Source: Eledone cirrhosa
Lineage: Eukaryota
NCBI GenBank assembly: GCA_964016885.1
Contig: OZ024742.1
Span: forward strand, 237,832,001-237,896,000
DNA length: 64,000 nt
Reading direction: 5' to 3'
Below the pieces are notes generated by a model. The model saw only the letters and a list, made by a program, of their open reading frames with translations. It had not been told where the DNA came from and ran no database searches. This document shows, in pieces, positions 1-13,790 of this stretch; the first letter of the stretch is position 1; each line of letters starts with the position of its first letter. A program made the translations under genes and the position numbers.

Positions 1-746
1 ACGTGATCAACTCTGTAATTTCTTGTTTCACAAAAAAAAATTTTTTCCTTGTGTTATAAAAGATTTTACTATATATATATACATAAAAAATAAACGATTA
101 ATATTCTTGCCCTCACATACATGATTATCGTTCATGTATAGAATATTATGCATATCTGTAACATATCCAGAACTATACCCACACATAGATATAGATATAT
201 ATGCACACATACAGGTACATGGACAGATAAAATATACTCTGTAATCATTCCATATGCATATTAATACGTATGGCCTTTGTACAGAGACAACCAGATATCA
301 ATATATCAGCACAGAAATATCAAAACGTTAAAAATATTTTCATCACTCCCTAGAGTATCTCGGGCCATAAAAACACAGTATGCCCTCATATCAACCACAG
401 AAATCTACCCTTCCAATTTATCTGACAATATATTGCCAAGTTCATTAGAAGCAATCAGAATCAAAAAGCGAACAAAAAAAAACTAAAATTATTCAACAAA
501 ACTTATTTAGCAGAAATCATTTAAAGGATTTAGGAGACCCTGTTGTTCTACGGATGGTCTTATATTTAGTATAGAAGTTTATCTTGCGTAAAATTTATTC
601 AATAGATTGGGAGCATCTACATTTTAGGGTAGTTTAATTACATCATTAGTTTATATTTATGAAGACGGTTTAAAAGAAAAAGTTGAAGGAATCGAAAGAT
701 TTATCGTCAGGTTTCATACATTAATTAAATATCTTAATTAATTATA

Positions 747-1028
747 CTACATTTTAAATTTATATTTATATTTAAACGTTGAGTTCAATCTATGTCTGCA
801 GCAACTGAATAAATTGCTCCTTAAATTAAGGGAATTTTTGGATATTAATATAAAGAATATCTCCTCCACACAGAGGTCACATGTCTCAGATGAGGAATTA
901 AAAGGAATCCCTCTTGAGACAATATTCCAAAACATCGAATACCCAACGTTATCATGTTTAAGTTGCCAGAGTAAGCCTGATAGTGAAGTTGAAGATTTTT
1001 TGTTTGGATCTGTGAAAGAATTCTTATG

Positions 1029-1030
<2 letters not shown>
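747..1030 (-). mobile_element. Penelope-like element fragment, C-terminus of GIY-YIG endonuclease
   Basis: The minus-strand translation HKKSF...SSTSLSGLLWQLK...WNIVSRGIPFNSSSETCDLCVEEIFFIL...LNLRSNLFSCCRHR matches the C-terminal pattern of PLE endonucleases (W-x-I...C-x-LC-x-E...LN-x-RS...CRH). It is cut off at a (TA)n tract. Confidence 0.75.
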
Positions 1031-1068
<38 letters not shown>

Positions 1069-1170
1069 CAAAAGTTTAATAAGGTTCAATGAATAAAGTT
1101 TTACAATGGATTAGAAGCACTCAACAGTGAGGTTTTCTGGAGTTATTAATATTATTTCAAAATATTAATA

Positions 1171-1238
1171 ATATTTTATCTGATGAGGAAGTACTGATGA
1201 AATAGCTCAGTACCTCTGAAATATGTATAATAAAATAT
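1171..1238 (+). ncRNA. Type I hammerhead ribozyme, intact core
   Basis: Stem I atattttat/ataaaatat; CTGATGA at 1180; stem II gtactga/tcagtac; GAAA at 1218; near-palindromic stem III tatgta; TA cleavage site. Confidence 0.85.
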
Positions 1239-1279
1239 ATTTTATCACATGAATGTCTATATTTATTAATATTTTGAAG

Positions 1280-1317
<38 letters not shown>

Positions 1318-2029
1318 TTACTTTATTTACTTTACCGGTATATATCTATATTCATTGATACAATGGTAACTGTAGCTATATATATATATGATTTTAAAAA
1401 CTAAAATTGAGATGGAGAGTTTGTGTTTCTATTGTGGTTTGTCTAACATCTAGTTGGAGTCCGAAAATTGTTTCGGTTTTATACAAAAAAAAGTGGCTCA
1501 GATTGCTATCTGTTTAAAATGTAATTTGGTTGGTTGATAACAGTCGCGTGATTAGGAATAGTAATTTTCGCGCCAGAAAATGTGGCTCAAATGGCAAATA
1601 TTCTTAAAAGACTCCAGTTGCATTTTCAATTTCTTTTCCTAAAGTGGGACATTTTACAAAACCTTACTTTTTATTTTTCTATTTTCTCTATAAGACTATT
1701 ATTTTTTTCTCCCTACAGGTTATATGCTTTTATTCTTTATCTTAATGTCTTTTTTATATAGTTTTTATATATTTATAACATAGATATTTCTCATATTTTT
1801 TTGTATATATCTCTTATACGTTACTTAAATTTTCTCTTTACCAGGATTCTTCATTTCTATAAAATACTTGTGTAGACTCTACTCTGCTTTATCATTAGCA
1901 TCTTTAACTACACTGCTATTAATAAATATCTGGCATGCATTACAATTCGGCCGGAGTGGGAGATTCTGGTGCTTGAGCATACTGCCTGTTTTTCACCCAC
2001 GCCCCGGGAGTGCTTGGAAATGAAAAAGA

Positions 2030-2520
2030 TGAGGCTTGTTTGCACAATTGTAAACGAACCGAATGTTATTATTAATATTCGAAAAACTCAGATTATATTT
2101 ATTGTATTCAGCCATGTAGAGCGAAATAAAAAAATTTTTTTTTTTTTAATTTGAATGTGGTAAAGCCGGCCATTTATCGCTCCCATAGAGGAAACTGACT
2201 GGCCAGTCCGCTGATATGCAAATCTGGCTGATCGGTGGATCTGTTAATATGCAGATCTGACTGATCAGCTAGTCTGCTAATATGCAAATCAGGCCGATCA
2301 GTCACTGTATATTTTAGAAAATATCATATATTTTCACTAGCTCAGACAGTAGGCAGGTGAACAATGAGCTGTACTGAAGAAGGGTGATACCCAGAAACAT
2401 TAGTGTCTGCAGTTCTGTTTACATGCCAAAACAAGAGCAAGAATGAAGGGTTCATGACATGGCTTTAAAAATTAGGCTTATTTGCATAATTGCAAACGAA
2501 TCGAATATTAATATTCGTAG
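2030..2520 (+). mobile_element. Non-autonomous HHR-bearing element (retrozyme or PLE pseudo-LTR-like) with terminal direct repeats
   Basis: ~50-bp direct repeat at 2030-2080 and 2473-2518, HHR at 2366-2415, and a homologous copy at 35575-35825. Confidence 0.65.
2366..2415 (+). ncRNA. Type I hammerhead ribozyme, intact core
   Basis: Stem I gagctgta/tgcagttc; CTGAAGA at 2374; stem II gggt-gat-accc; GAAA at 2394; near-palindromic stem III cattagtg; GTC cleavage triplet. Confidence 0.88.
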
Positions 2521-2565
2521 TTTATTATTTAACCTTATCTTTATACATTATTACAGTATATATAG

Positions 2566-2750
2566 AGGGCGGTGAATTGGCAGTATCGGTAGAGGGTTTG
2601 ACGTCATGCTTTCTAGCATAGTTACGTCCCTTTACAGTCTGAGTTCAAATCCTGCCGAGGTTAACTTTGCCTTTCATCCTTACGAGGTCGATAAAATAAA
2701 GTACCAGTAATGTACTGGGTAATTGCTGGCCTTGTGCCTAAAGTAGAAAC
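2566..2750 (+). mobile_element. tRNA-derived SINE with Nin-like core (octopus OK-type), full length, short subfamily
   Basis: A-box-like tggcagtatcgg, B-box gttcaaatcc and core ctttgcctttcatccttacgaggtcgataaaataaagtaccag; the target-site duplication attattacagtatatata lies on both sides. Confidence 0.9.
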
Positions 2751-3544
2751 AATTATTACAGTATATATATTTCTAAAACACTACCCACTTTGGTATTGTG
2801 TTGAGAAATAAACCCGCTTCGACCATTACTCATTGACTGTGGGCTTACACTTGCTCAAGTCAACACAATTTACCCCATTATAAAATGTTATTATACATCC
2901 ATCCATAGACACATAAACAACATATGTGATACGATGCGCAAGTGATACGATGTTGATGACAGCTTTATACTAACATATATTTCGCAGCCGAGCTGTAATA
3001 AATTCGTATCTTTTACCTATTTCTGCTTACAATCAATTATAAAAATGTATGAGTCTCTTTTACTGAAGATGAGTTTCTCCTATTTTAGTATACCATTTGA
3101 ATGTGGAGAAGCTATTTAGATAATAAAGTTCGAATGTTATATATGATAATGGAATTATATCACAGACATAAATCTGTTCATTTCTGCTCTGAACATCCCC
3201 ACCGACAAAAAACAATCTTGAAGTTAATGGTTATCAACCATAATGATATAGTATGTTTGTGTATTTATTTATACATAATTAGTATAGGTTTTGATGTGAT
3301 ATGTTTTGGGTGAAGTTCTAAACATAAGTTCCTACATTTGTTCCAGTAGTTATTGCTCCAAGGTTACGCATTTAATTCAGTATGATACTTCTATTAAAAT
3401 CCTGAACATTTTTGTAATTACAACAGAGAAATAAGTTATGGGTTTTCTCTTATACACATCATAACTTATCATAGCGCAAATTCCCCAGCTTGTATGAGTG
3501 TTCATATATCCGATAATCCTGGTGTGTGTGTATGTATGTATGGG

Positions 3545-3850
3545 AGTGAAAGGCCCCCAGTTGTTGTCACAACACCTTTCTAGGGGAGGGAAACTCTAAA
3601 AAAAAAAAAACCTGCAGCTTCGGAAGCATCCGATGATGATGACTAGTTCTCCTTTTTGGGTAGTGTTTTCGATGCTCAGAGAGTAGGATTAGTCGAATGG
3701 AAGGCCTTTTCCCACTTTAAAAAATCTTCAAAGCACAGGCATTGTTTGTTCAGGATATGTTACAGGTTTGTGTGGCTCGCGGTAGCCTAAAAGTGCACCA
3801 AACTCTATAATCTGACAAGCGATTGCAATACTCTTAGCAAGGTTTGCAGC
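3545..3850 (+). mobile_element. Probable RTE LINE 5' UTR fragment
   Basis: The motif ctaggggagggaaactctaaaaaa...cct resembles RTE 5' UTRs, and the segment sits between microsatellites. No coding support. Confidence 0.35.
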
Positions 3851-3854
3851 CATC

Positions 3855-3918
<64 letters not shown>

Positions 3919-4040
3919 ATGCGTGTATGTATGTATGTATTTAATCGATTTTGATTGGCTTATTCTAACAGGAATGGAATGTAAAATTAAACGGTCGTAA
4001 ACCAATTAAATTTAATTCAAATCGTTGTTAATCTTTATTC

Positions 4041-4124
<84 letters not shown>

Positions 4125-5384
4125 CGTGTGTGTGTGTGTGTACAGCAATTCTGGATTCAACATTTTTAATAGGTACAACTCTACTGCCGTCATTATTGAC
4201 AGCACGAATCCACTAGATCTGTAGAATTCAGTGTCCGCCCCAGAGTCCATTACGCCGCAAACTGAAGATCGCTAGCGGTCAAATAATCAACCGCTCTTCG
4301 ATAGGTTTATTGACGAGCCCATACTAGTGGAAACATCTGGTGTACTGGGTCCACGAAATATCTCACTACTTGCAACGATCGGGACAGAGATGACTTTCTG
4401 CAAAAGCAAACCCAGGAATATTGTTTGGTTCTTTTAGTGCATCTTCCTTGACACCCTCAGGTGTACCAGATCCGTAATTCTGTCTGCTGGGACCACGAGG
4501 CAATATCTATCAGATATTTTTCAATGGTCGTGTTATCAATTAATGTGTTTTTTTTATTTATAAAGATCTGTTCAGAACTTAATGTTGTGATAGAAATAAA
4601 CAATAAATATGTTACCAGCCATATGGAGGGCAATTGAGGGAGGTATTCGGTTCTCACCGTGAATAACACTAAATAAGAATAAACATATTTTTGAAAAAGA
4701 ATTTAATGAATTCCCTACTCCTGTTATTTGCTTGGGAGTGATACTTTATTTATTAACTCTGGACAGATGTTAGGCAGAAGTTCCTCTCGGAGGTATTTGA
4801 ACTCGAGAGCGCAAAACGTCGTAACACGTAGCGGAATGTAATCCGACATTCTAAAGATTTGACCAATTCGCCGCTTATTATGAGTAGAGCTTGAAATAGG
4901 ATAACAATGAATGATCGTTCTTTTCTCCGCGAATAACGATAACACAACCAATAACAATATGCAAGGACTTGTTTTGTACTGTTTAATCAAAGCTGCTGTG
5001 GAGTAAGTATAGAAGAAAAGAAGTATCTCCAAACCGGTGACCTGGCCCAGATGCTTACATAACTGCAACTCTGCTAAAGTTATCCAAAAACTACGTAGTA
5101 GTGTTAAACCGGGCGACCAATTGAGTCTACTACCGAATTAGATCAGAATTCCGCCATCCCACCACCATGAGTTGGGTATTTTATTGTGTCCACTGGATTT
5201 CCTAAAGTAATTTTAACCACATACTTCACAATGTTTCTTCTATGACTAATATGACATTATTCTTTTTGTTGTTGTGAGGAATGACTTACTTCTGATGGTG
5301 TCGTTGAACATTTAAAACCTGGTGGAGTCCATCTCTCTGCAGATCGTAACAGTCGATTTCTGATCTATATATATATATATGCAA

Positions 5385-5600
5385 GAGATGTCAACATGAA
5401 TGGACCTGTTATTTTTATCTAAAGACATTTTTTCCAATTCCATCCCGCCCGTCCCCTCAATCTATCTTATTTCTCATTCTTTCTTTTGATGAAGGACTAG
5501 CGTTCGAAACGTTAAGACCCTCTTCCTGCTATATCAAGCGTTAACCTAATATATCCCTTCCATATACTGTACCGATTGTGTTAATTCTGTTTACCTTTTA
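5385..5600 (+). mobile_element. PLE pseudo-LTR remnant with minimal HHR (5482-5517, C3 changed to T)
   Basis: tctt-TTGATGA-aggactagcgttc-GAAA-cg-TT-aaga. Homologous to the minus-strand copy at 58590-58790, which follows a GIY-YIG C-terminus. Flanked by (TA)n/(TACA)n. Confidence 0.7.
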
Positions 5601-5605
5601 CATAC

Positions 5606-5697
<92 letters not shown>

Positions 5698-6630
5698 TGA
5701 GAAAGAGAGAGAGAGAGAAATCCTAGTACTGGAAAGGCATTTCATTCTTCGACCTCGAAAGGATGAAATGCAAAGTTGACCTTTTGCGGAATTTTATCTC
5801 CGAGCACAGCGAACCGAAACAAATATCGAAGCATTTTTAACCCGACACCCTAACGCCATTCTTATTATTAGTACAGGAAAGAAAATACCAAAAGCCTAAC
5901 TGTATTAGTTTACTAATCTCTGAGCGATATTTCTTAGCTTGGTTTTGTTAATAAAAGTACATCAGTCATATATTTCTTCTGCTCCAACTATATAAAGTCC
6001 TATACAACATATCCTAAAATAACCACTAAGACCGATTCTCTATTCAGACATTGAAAGACTCATTTGTAATTTTCTCGATAATCTTGTATCAATTATGAAT
6101 GCATTGGCGATATTCCATTATATTTCCTGCTTTGATGGGAGAATTAGGTCAAGTTTGATTTCTTTCGTTGATGAATCACCTAACAGTTCATTAAAGACAA
6201 AAAAATAAATCGTTTTTTTCTTTTTGTACACATTCCATCCGGTTCCAATACGTTCTTTGTATTTTTAGTTATAAATAAGATTCTTCATATATTAATGATC
6301 GACTCTCCGTCGGTTTCAACGATGAGCATTCAGTCGTTCGATCAACTGAACGTCCAGCTCGTTGGCAGAAATCGCTTCCTCAGCGGAAGATTGCCTCCCT
6401 GGAATAGAAAGGTCCGTATGCCGGGCTAGTACACCACGTTGATGAACATAGGCGAATATAGCAGTACTCCTCCTCTTTCAGTGAGATGAGGTAAACCAAA
6501 CCTAACCAATTACAGGGAGAATACGCAGGGATTGATTCAAATTGAAAAAAAAAATAACCAGGCGCATTAGTAGAGAAAACAAACGCAGTATTGCAAACAA
6601 TAATTAAATAAATCAAACTAGAATAAACTC

Positions 6631-7001
<371 letters not shown>

Positions 7002-7003
7002 TC

Positions 7004-7036
<33 letters not shown>

Positions 7037-7110
7037 TATATGCGACTGTGTGTATGTATGTATATGTGTGTGTGCCTATGTGAGTATGTTTATACATAAA
7101 ACATACATAC

Positions 7111-7174
<64 letters not shown>

Positions 7175-7865
7175 AAGCTTCTTTTTTCCTCCATGTATAA
7201 TTTATTTTCCTTTGCTCTCCTCGTGATCCTAAAGACCTATTCAGACTGTTCAATTCCCTTCTCGCTAAACAAATTAATGTAGAATAATATTGTATTATAC
7301 CGGGATTACATGTTGTTGCCGCAGTCCTGTCAGTAATAGAGTAGTCCCATATGATATTTTCATATCGTTTTCATGATTTAGTGATTTTTACATACTTGAC
7401 CTCCTTTTCAACACAAGAGACATATAAAAATATATGTATATATTGACCCACAGTGGGTTGACATCCATCATAATAATATAATAATATGGCAATTTACATA
7501 CATTCATATTAAAGGACAAAATTAAAGTTAAAATTAAAATTAAAATAAATAAAAACAAAACATTGGTAGTTTATGAAGATAAAGCAAGAGGAAAGTTTAG
7601 AGTAGTCAGTGTACGAAACAGTCTCACGTGTGGCATGCACGCGTGTCTTACTTATACAGTATTATAGTGCGGCAGATTGATACATGTAAAACAAGCAGTT
7701 AAAGCAGGCCAGCAGTAGCATCATGGGGTCTGTATTGTTAAAGCATTTTTCACACACACCTGTACGATATATACGTGTAAGCCCGTTTGTAGAGAAACAC
7801 CAAAAATATAACAAATGTAACAAATGAGAAGCAAAACAGCACCACTGTCCTCGCACCCACCACCA

Positions 7866-7964
<99 letters not shown>

Positions 7965-8404
7965 TAATAAAAATAATGAATAAAACCAAAGAAACAGTTC
8001 CTTATATTAAAAAATTCATCATTTAACGATCGTTTCTAGGATATATATGTGTGTGTTGGTATGTATATCATATAGATCTATGTAGAAATTTTACAAACTA
8101 TCAGAGGGAATATACATACCTACACATATTTATATGCTGTCTTCTTTCATCGAAAAAATCTTTGAATACATCTCTTTTCATGATGTTTGGATTACATTGA
8201 GTTCTTCAATCGGATTGGACACTACCGTATATGTTGGTAGATTTATCTACATATATATATATATGTATATTTCATTCACTTTCTATCTTTCTTTGGAAGA
8301 AATCTGCTGAGCACAGGCCTGGAGAGGGGTGGGCCCCGCCAAGAAACGCTGTATGTCATACGGCGCCCCTACGACTCTATTAGGAGTTACGGGACCATAC
8401 CACA

Positions 8405-8472
<68 letters not shown>

Positions 8473-8476
<4 letters not shown>

Positions 8477-9042
8477 ATGGATGTAGTGAAGACATGTCAG
8501 ACCATTACTCACCAGAGTACTCGATACTTGGAGTAGTAGAGTGTGGTAATATGAAAGAATCGGGACCCCGACTGATGAGCTCTTGCCGTTTCAACAGCTA
8601 GTTCCGAACTGAATCAGAGTGTCGAAGCATGGTGGATAGAGTGACTTGGTCGGGAACAAGAACTTATTTACGACAACTGGGATAGAGGTGTGGTGTGGGT
8701 CGAAGAGCGCTCCACTTCGAAAGTAGGAGCTATATAAATCAGGGGGCAACGGTGTCCAAATATGATCATACACTTTATACATAAAAGTCTTTAAGAAATG
8801 ATCTGTTTGGGGGGGGAGGGGTAAGTTTGCGGCGGCTAGGGGTGTACATGTTTTTATATTCGTGTGGTCAGCTGTCTGTGATCTGCTTTATCCTGATAAA
8901 TATATTAAAGACTTTTATATATAAAGTATATGCGCATAATTGGCTGAGAACGTCAGCTTTTTTTAGTAAAATACCGGCGATTCAGTTCGAAACTAGCTGT
9001 TGAAACGGTAAGACTTCAGCCGTCTTAGTCCCGACCCTTTTA
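8473..9042 (-). mobile_element. Fold-back element, family shared with 13100-13272 and 22641-22838
   Basis: Shared segment accagagtactcgatacttggagtagtagagtg...gagctcttgccgtttc; inverted arms at 8551-8615 and 8979-9042; TA-rich flanks. Confidence 0.7.
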
Positions 9043-9189
9043 TATATGTATACATATATAAATTTTGTTTTGGTGCTCCTACATAGCGGTATTGCTCCTA
9101 CATAGCGGTAAGTTTGACATGGCCTGGACCAATACTGGCCGAAACCTATCACAGTTATTATATTGAATAATATACGGGATGTTTATGAA

Positions 9190-9336
9190 AAACTGGTACT
9201 TTATTTTATCGACTCCGTAAGGGGGAAAAGCGAAGTTAACCTCGGCGGCATTTGAACTCAGACCGTAAAGGACCGTAACTCTATGCTGCAAAGCATGGTG
9301 TCCGACACTTTACCAATACTGCCAATCCACCACCCT
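9190..9336 (-). mobile_element. OK/Nin-type SINE, 3'-truncated
   Basis: Reverse complement of the SINE head and core (ctggtactttattttatcgac...atttgaactcag...ctgccaatccaccaccc). Confidence 0.85.
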
Positions 9337-10239
9337 CGGTTAAGATTATAATAACAAAAATCCGTATAGAACTTTACTACAACAAAATATATATAATGAT
9401 CGGTGTAGTCATGACCGAAGGAGGGTGTTATACATTTTCCGTTTGTTTTTTTAATTCAAATCCCATCGAGATCAACTTTTTCTTTCATCCTTTCGGCAGT
9501 GACAAATTGAGTACGCACCATGAGACGGTGGATTAGCGGAAATTGTTAAAGAATAGAAGAGGATGCTTTGCGGTGCCTATTCCCATTCTGTGCATGTTGA
9601 GTTCAAATAATATATCCTGTCTACAGAAAATCGATAACGCTTCTTTACGAGTTGCCATCGACAAATAGTATCAGTAATTAGCATTAGCACTAACATACCG
9701 TGATTCATAATAGAGGTATATATGATATGCTGATGCATTATAAACACATATGTCTCACCATGAATAAGGTTATGATCATTTTGTCACTGTGGCCATGTGA
9801 CATAACCACAATCTAAAATATTCATAGCGAGACTTATGTATGTTTATTATACATAAACATTGTATATGCCATAATATACGCCTTTAATATCGGTAATGGA
9901 AGAACTAATGGAAACATAGTTTTCTTGGTCTGATCTGGATCTGGATATAAATATTGCTGTTGTTACTGTTGTTGTTGATGATGGTGTTATTCGCTTCATT
10001 GACGTATAACTAATTTATTATTAGATTATTTGAATTAATGTGTCCAGAAGTTGTTCCTGCTTGTTCTCAAAGTGGCAGTATCTGAGATTTCAAACTGTTT
10101 TATCGTTGGAATGTCACATGGCCAGCACGTTATTTAATTGACAAGTGATTTGTTGAATTATAATTTGAATTAGAAACTGACTTTGCCATATCAGCATTGT
10201 GTCAATTCAGAAATGGCAGAGCTCCCGGGAATGTAGAGG

Positions 10240-10490
10240 AATCAACCTCCGTCGGTTTCAATGATGAGCGGCCCAGTTGTTTCATCAACGAAATAACCTT
10301 TTCGTGAAGTTGTGCAATTGGTTGATCATTCCACAGACATCTGAAATCTTAACGTAATCTTCAGGGAGATTCAGCCTGGTACAGTGATAGACTCTTTGAA
10401 TTACAGGTATAGTCAACCAGACTCGATATTTTCTCTTGATACCCTGCAATGGAATTAATCTTGGGACCTTATGATGGTTAAGCGCTCCGA
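10240..10490 (-). mobile_element. Diverged Ceph/OR2-like SINE; a further fragment lies at 6300-6365
   Basis: ctccgtcggtttcaatgatgag...ttaacgtaatcttcagggagattcagc is the reverse complement of the family seen on + at 34390-34700. Confidence 0.6.
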
Positions 10491-10799
10491 TGAACAATGT
10501 ACCTTAATAGCGATGAAATATAGATTTAGATTTATAACCACCACGGAGTTTAAAGAACTTTCAGAAAATATTGTTCCGGTTTCTTCCGTAGGTAGGGTTT
10601 CAAAATCTGTAGACTATTTAAATACTTTATTTTGAAAATCTGTTGAATATGTTGAGTTCAAATAATATATCCTGTCTACATAATAGACAATATATTTTAT
10701 GTCGAATAGGTTTTTTATGAATATTTATTCACAAGTAACAGATCTAGCTGAGTATATATTTATGAAACCACTGGTAAAGCATGATCACATCCGATTGTT

Positions 10800-10983
<184 letters not shown>

Positions 10984-11039
10984 AATATATATATTTGAAA
11001 AGTGGGTAAGGTTCTATACAAAACAGAGTTTATAGGAAA

Positions 11040-11322
11040 AAAAGCAAGGATGGAAACAGCACGGAAGTATATTTAAAGAATCTTTTTTCTTTTTGAATCC
11101 GACAAAGAGATTATTGAAAAAAGGAGAAAAATATTTATTTTTGTTAAAGGGCTTTAATAAAATATATAAGATGAATGACATCGAAACGTAATATTTTTTA
11201 TATATTTTATAAAACCCCTTTTTTAAAAAGAAATGTTTTTCTCTTTTTCTCAATATTCTCTTCGTCGGATTAAAGAAGAAAAAAAGATTCTTTAAATATA
11301 CTTCTGTGCTGTTTCCATTGTT

Positions 11323-11327
<5 letters not shown>
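11040..11327. repeat. ~130-bp imperfect inverted repeat ending at (TA)n
   Basis: atggaaacagcacggaagtatatttaaagaatc... (11040-11169) is mirrored at 11198-11327. Confidence 0.85.
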
Positions 11328-11410
<83 letters not shown>

Positions 11411-11752
11411 TTATATATTTAATACATTAACAGAGAAAGCTTTAAGCAATACTCCGACCGGCTTCCGTCTCACTCAACAAACATTAGGATATACCTTAGT
11501 ATAATCCCAATTATACGTTTGGGCTGCTAACTATACGTATTTTGCGGAAAGCCAGTTGTATTATTTTATATGAGACATAATTAAATACATCTCTCTTTCC
11601 ATAAGTTTTCTACAAATTGGGAAAATAATGTCCAGGTTATATATATATATATAGTATGTATATATACACAAACGTACATACACACTCACACAAGCACACA
11701 TATATGTATCCATATATACATACACACACACATACACTCATATATTTATATA

Positions 11753-11788
<36 letters not shown>

Positions 11789-11799
11789 TAGATAGATAG

Positions 11800-11914
<115 letters not shown>

Positions 11915-12279
11915 TGTATGTATATATGCGTATATATATGTATGTGTGTGTGTTTATGAGGGACAAAGCAAGTGGGATATAGGATAAATACATATTAAAA
12001 CATATGAAGTTCAATTCATGGCATATATAATACATGTTTATATATAGTTTATTTCTGATGGAACGACGTCTGTAAACCCAGCACCGTTTCATTCGATTGA
12101 AATTAAATGAATAAATCAAAATGTAGAGGCCAAAAAGGATGGTCTGTACATTTTGATTTACTCTTTTAATTAATATGTACTTTCCATTCGTTTCATATAC
12201 TTTATACTTTTCACTCTAGTGATTCTCTAGCCCTCGTAATTGAAAACAGACCCCTTTATGTTTTCTTCTCTATGTACTG

Positions 12280-13052
<773 letters not shown>

Positions 13053-13099
13053 TACATATATATATATATATATATAATATACATACAAATTATATATAT

Positions 13100-13272
13100 G
13101 AAAATGTTCAAGACCCCCGACGGTAGAGCTCAAGCCGTTTCGGTCGAAACGGCTTGAGCTCTGTCGTCGGTGTCTTGAACATTTTCCTATTACCCACTCT
13201 ACTACCCTAAGTATTGAGTACTCTGGTGCGTTATGGTCCATCTGGTTCCTTACTACACTTCCTTTGTTATCA
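13100..13272 (+). mobile_element. Fold-back element (hairpin 13100-13186 plus tail)
   Basis: gaaaatgttcaagacccccgacggtagagctcaagccgtttc is mirrored across a 3-nt loop; the tail is homologous to the reverse complement of 22641-22725. Confidence 0.85.
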
Positions 13273-13287
13273 TATATATATATATGT

Positions 13288-13448
13288 GCATGGACACACT
13301 GGAAGGGGAATACCAAGGTTAACGTATGTTGATGCCCTAAGGACAGACACTGGTCTGTTGGAGGGGCAGGACATGGCAGCGGTAATGAGGGACAGAGACC
13401 GCTGGAGAGAACTCGTCCATGGATCTCGGGAATTTTACCCGCCCTTGA
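13288..13448 (+). mobile_element. RTE-type LINE 3' end fragment; second copy on minus at 61817-61938
   Basis: GHTGRGIPRLTYVDALRTDTG...MRDRDRWR matches the RTE C-terminal pattern G-x-R-x-x-GRP...DR-x-x-W. Both copies sit in (TA)n. Confidence 0.75.
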
Positions 13449-13461
13449 TATATATATATAT

Positions 13462-13790
13462 ACAGCAAAACATTTATTTACAAAATAGGAATTTCCGCAT
13501 TATTCGTACCGGTTTCAGCTTGTAGGCTTTTTCATGCGAGGGAAGTGTATAATGCAATTAAATTGCATATTAATAAGAACAATAAGTATATGGGAAAACA
13601 ATTTTTAAAAATACATATACATAGAGAAAAGTTCACATTTTTGTCTCTAGCTTTCTTTCTTTCTCTCGTTCGTTCTGTTTAAGCTATTGACATCGTCGGA
13701 ATTTTGTAAATAAATGTTTTGCTGTTATTCTGAGAGAAAAACCCCTTTAGCACTTTCTATTGTTTTTTTTTTTTTTCTTTTTTACTATCA
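13462..13790. mobile_element. Fold-back unit with degenerate minus-strand HHR (13503-13540)
   Basis: Arms acagcaaaacatttatttacaaaat (13462-13486) and 13702-13726. The minus strand reads tcg-CATGAAA-aagcctacaagct-GAAA-ccgg-TA-cga. Confidence 0.5.

Noticed and set aside
2566-2660. tRNA genes at the A/B-box motifs
   Set aside because: There is no cloverleaf; the motifs are the tRNA-derived heads of SINEs.
4258-4352. Possible long-stem-II HHR (CTGAAGA...cgctag/ctagtg...GAAA-catctggtg-TA)
   Set aside because: Stem I does not pair, so it was not counted.
3060-6190. Short open frames with possible splice sites on minus (~3060-3225 and ~6120-6180)
   Set aside because: No recognisable protein motif, weak splice signals and no consistent exon chain; RNA evidence would be needed.
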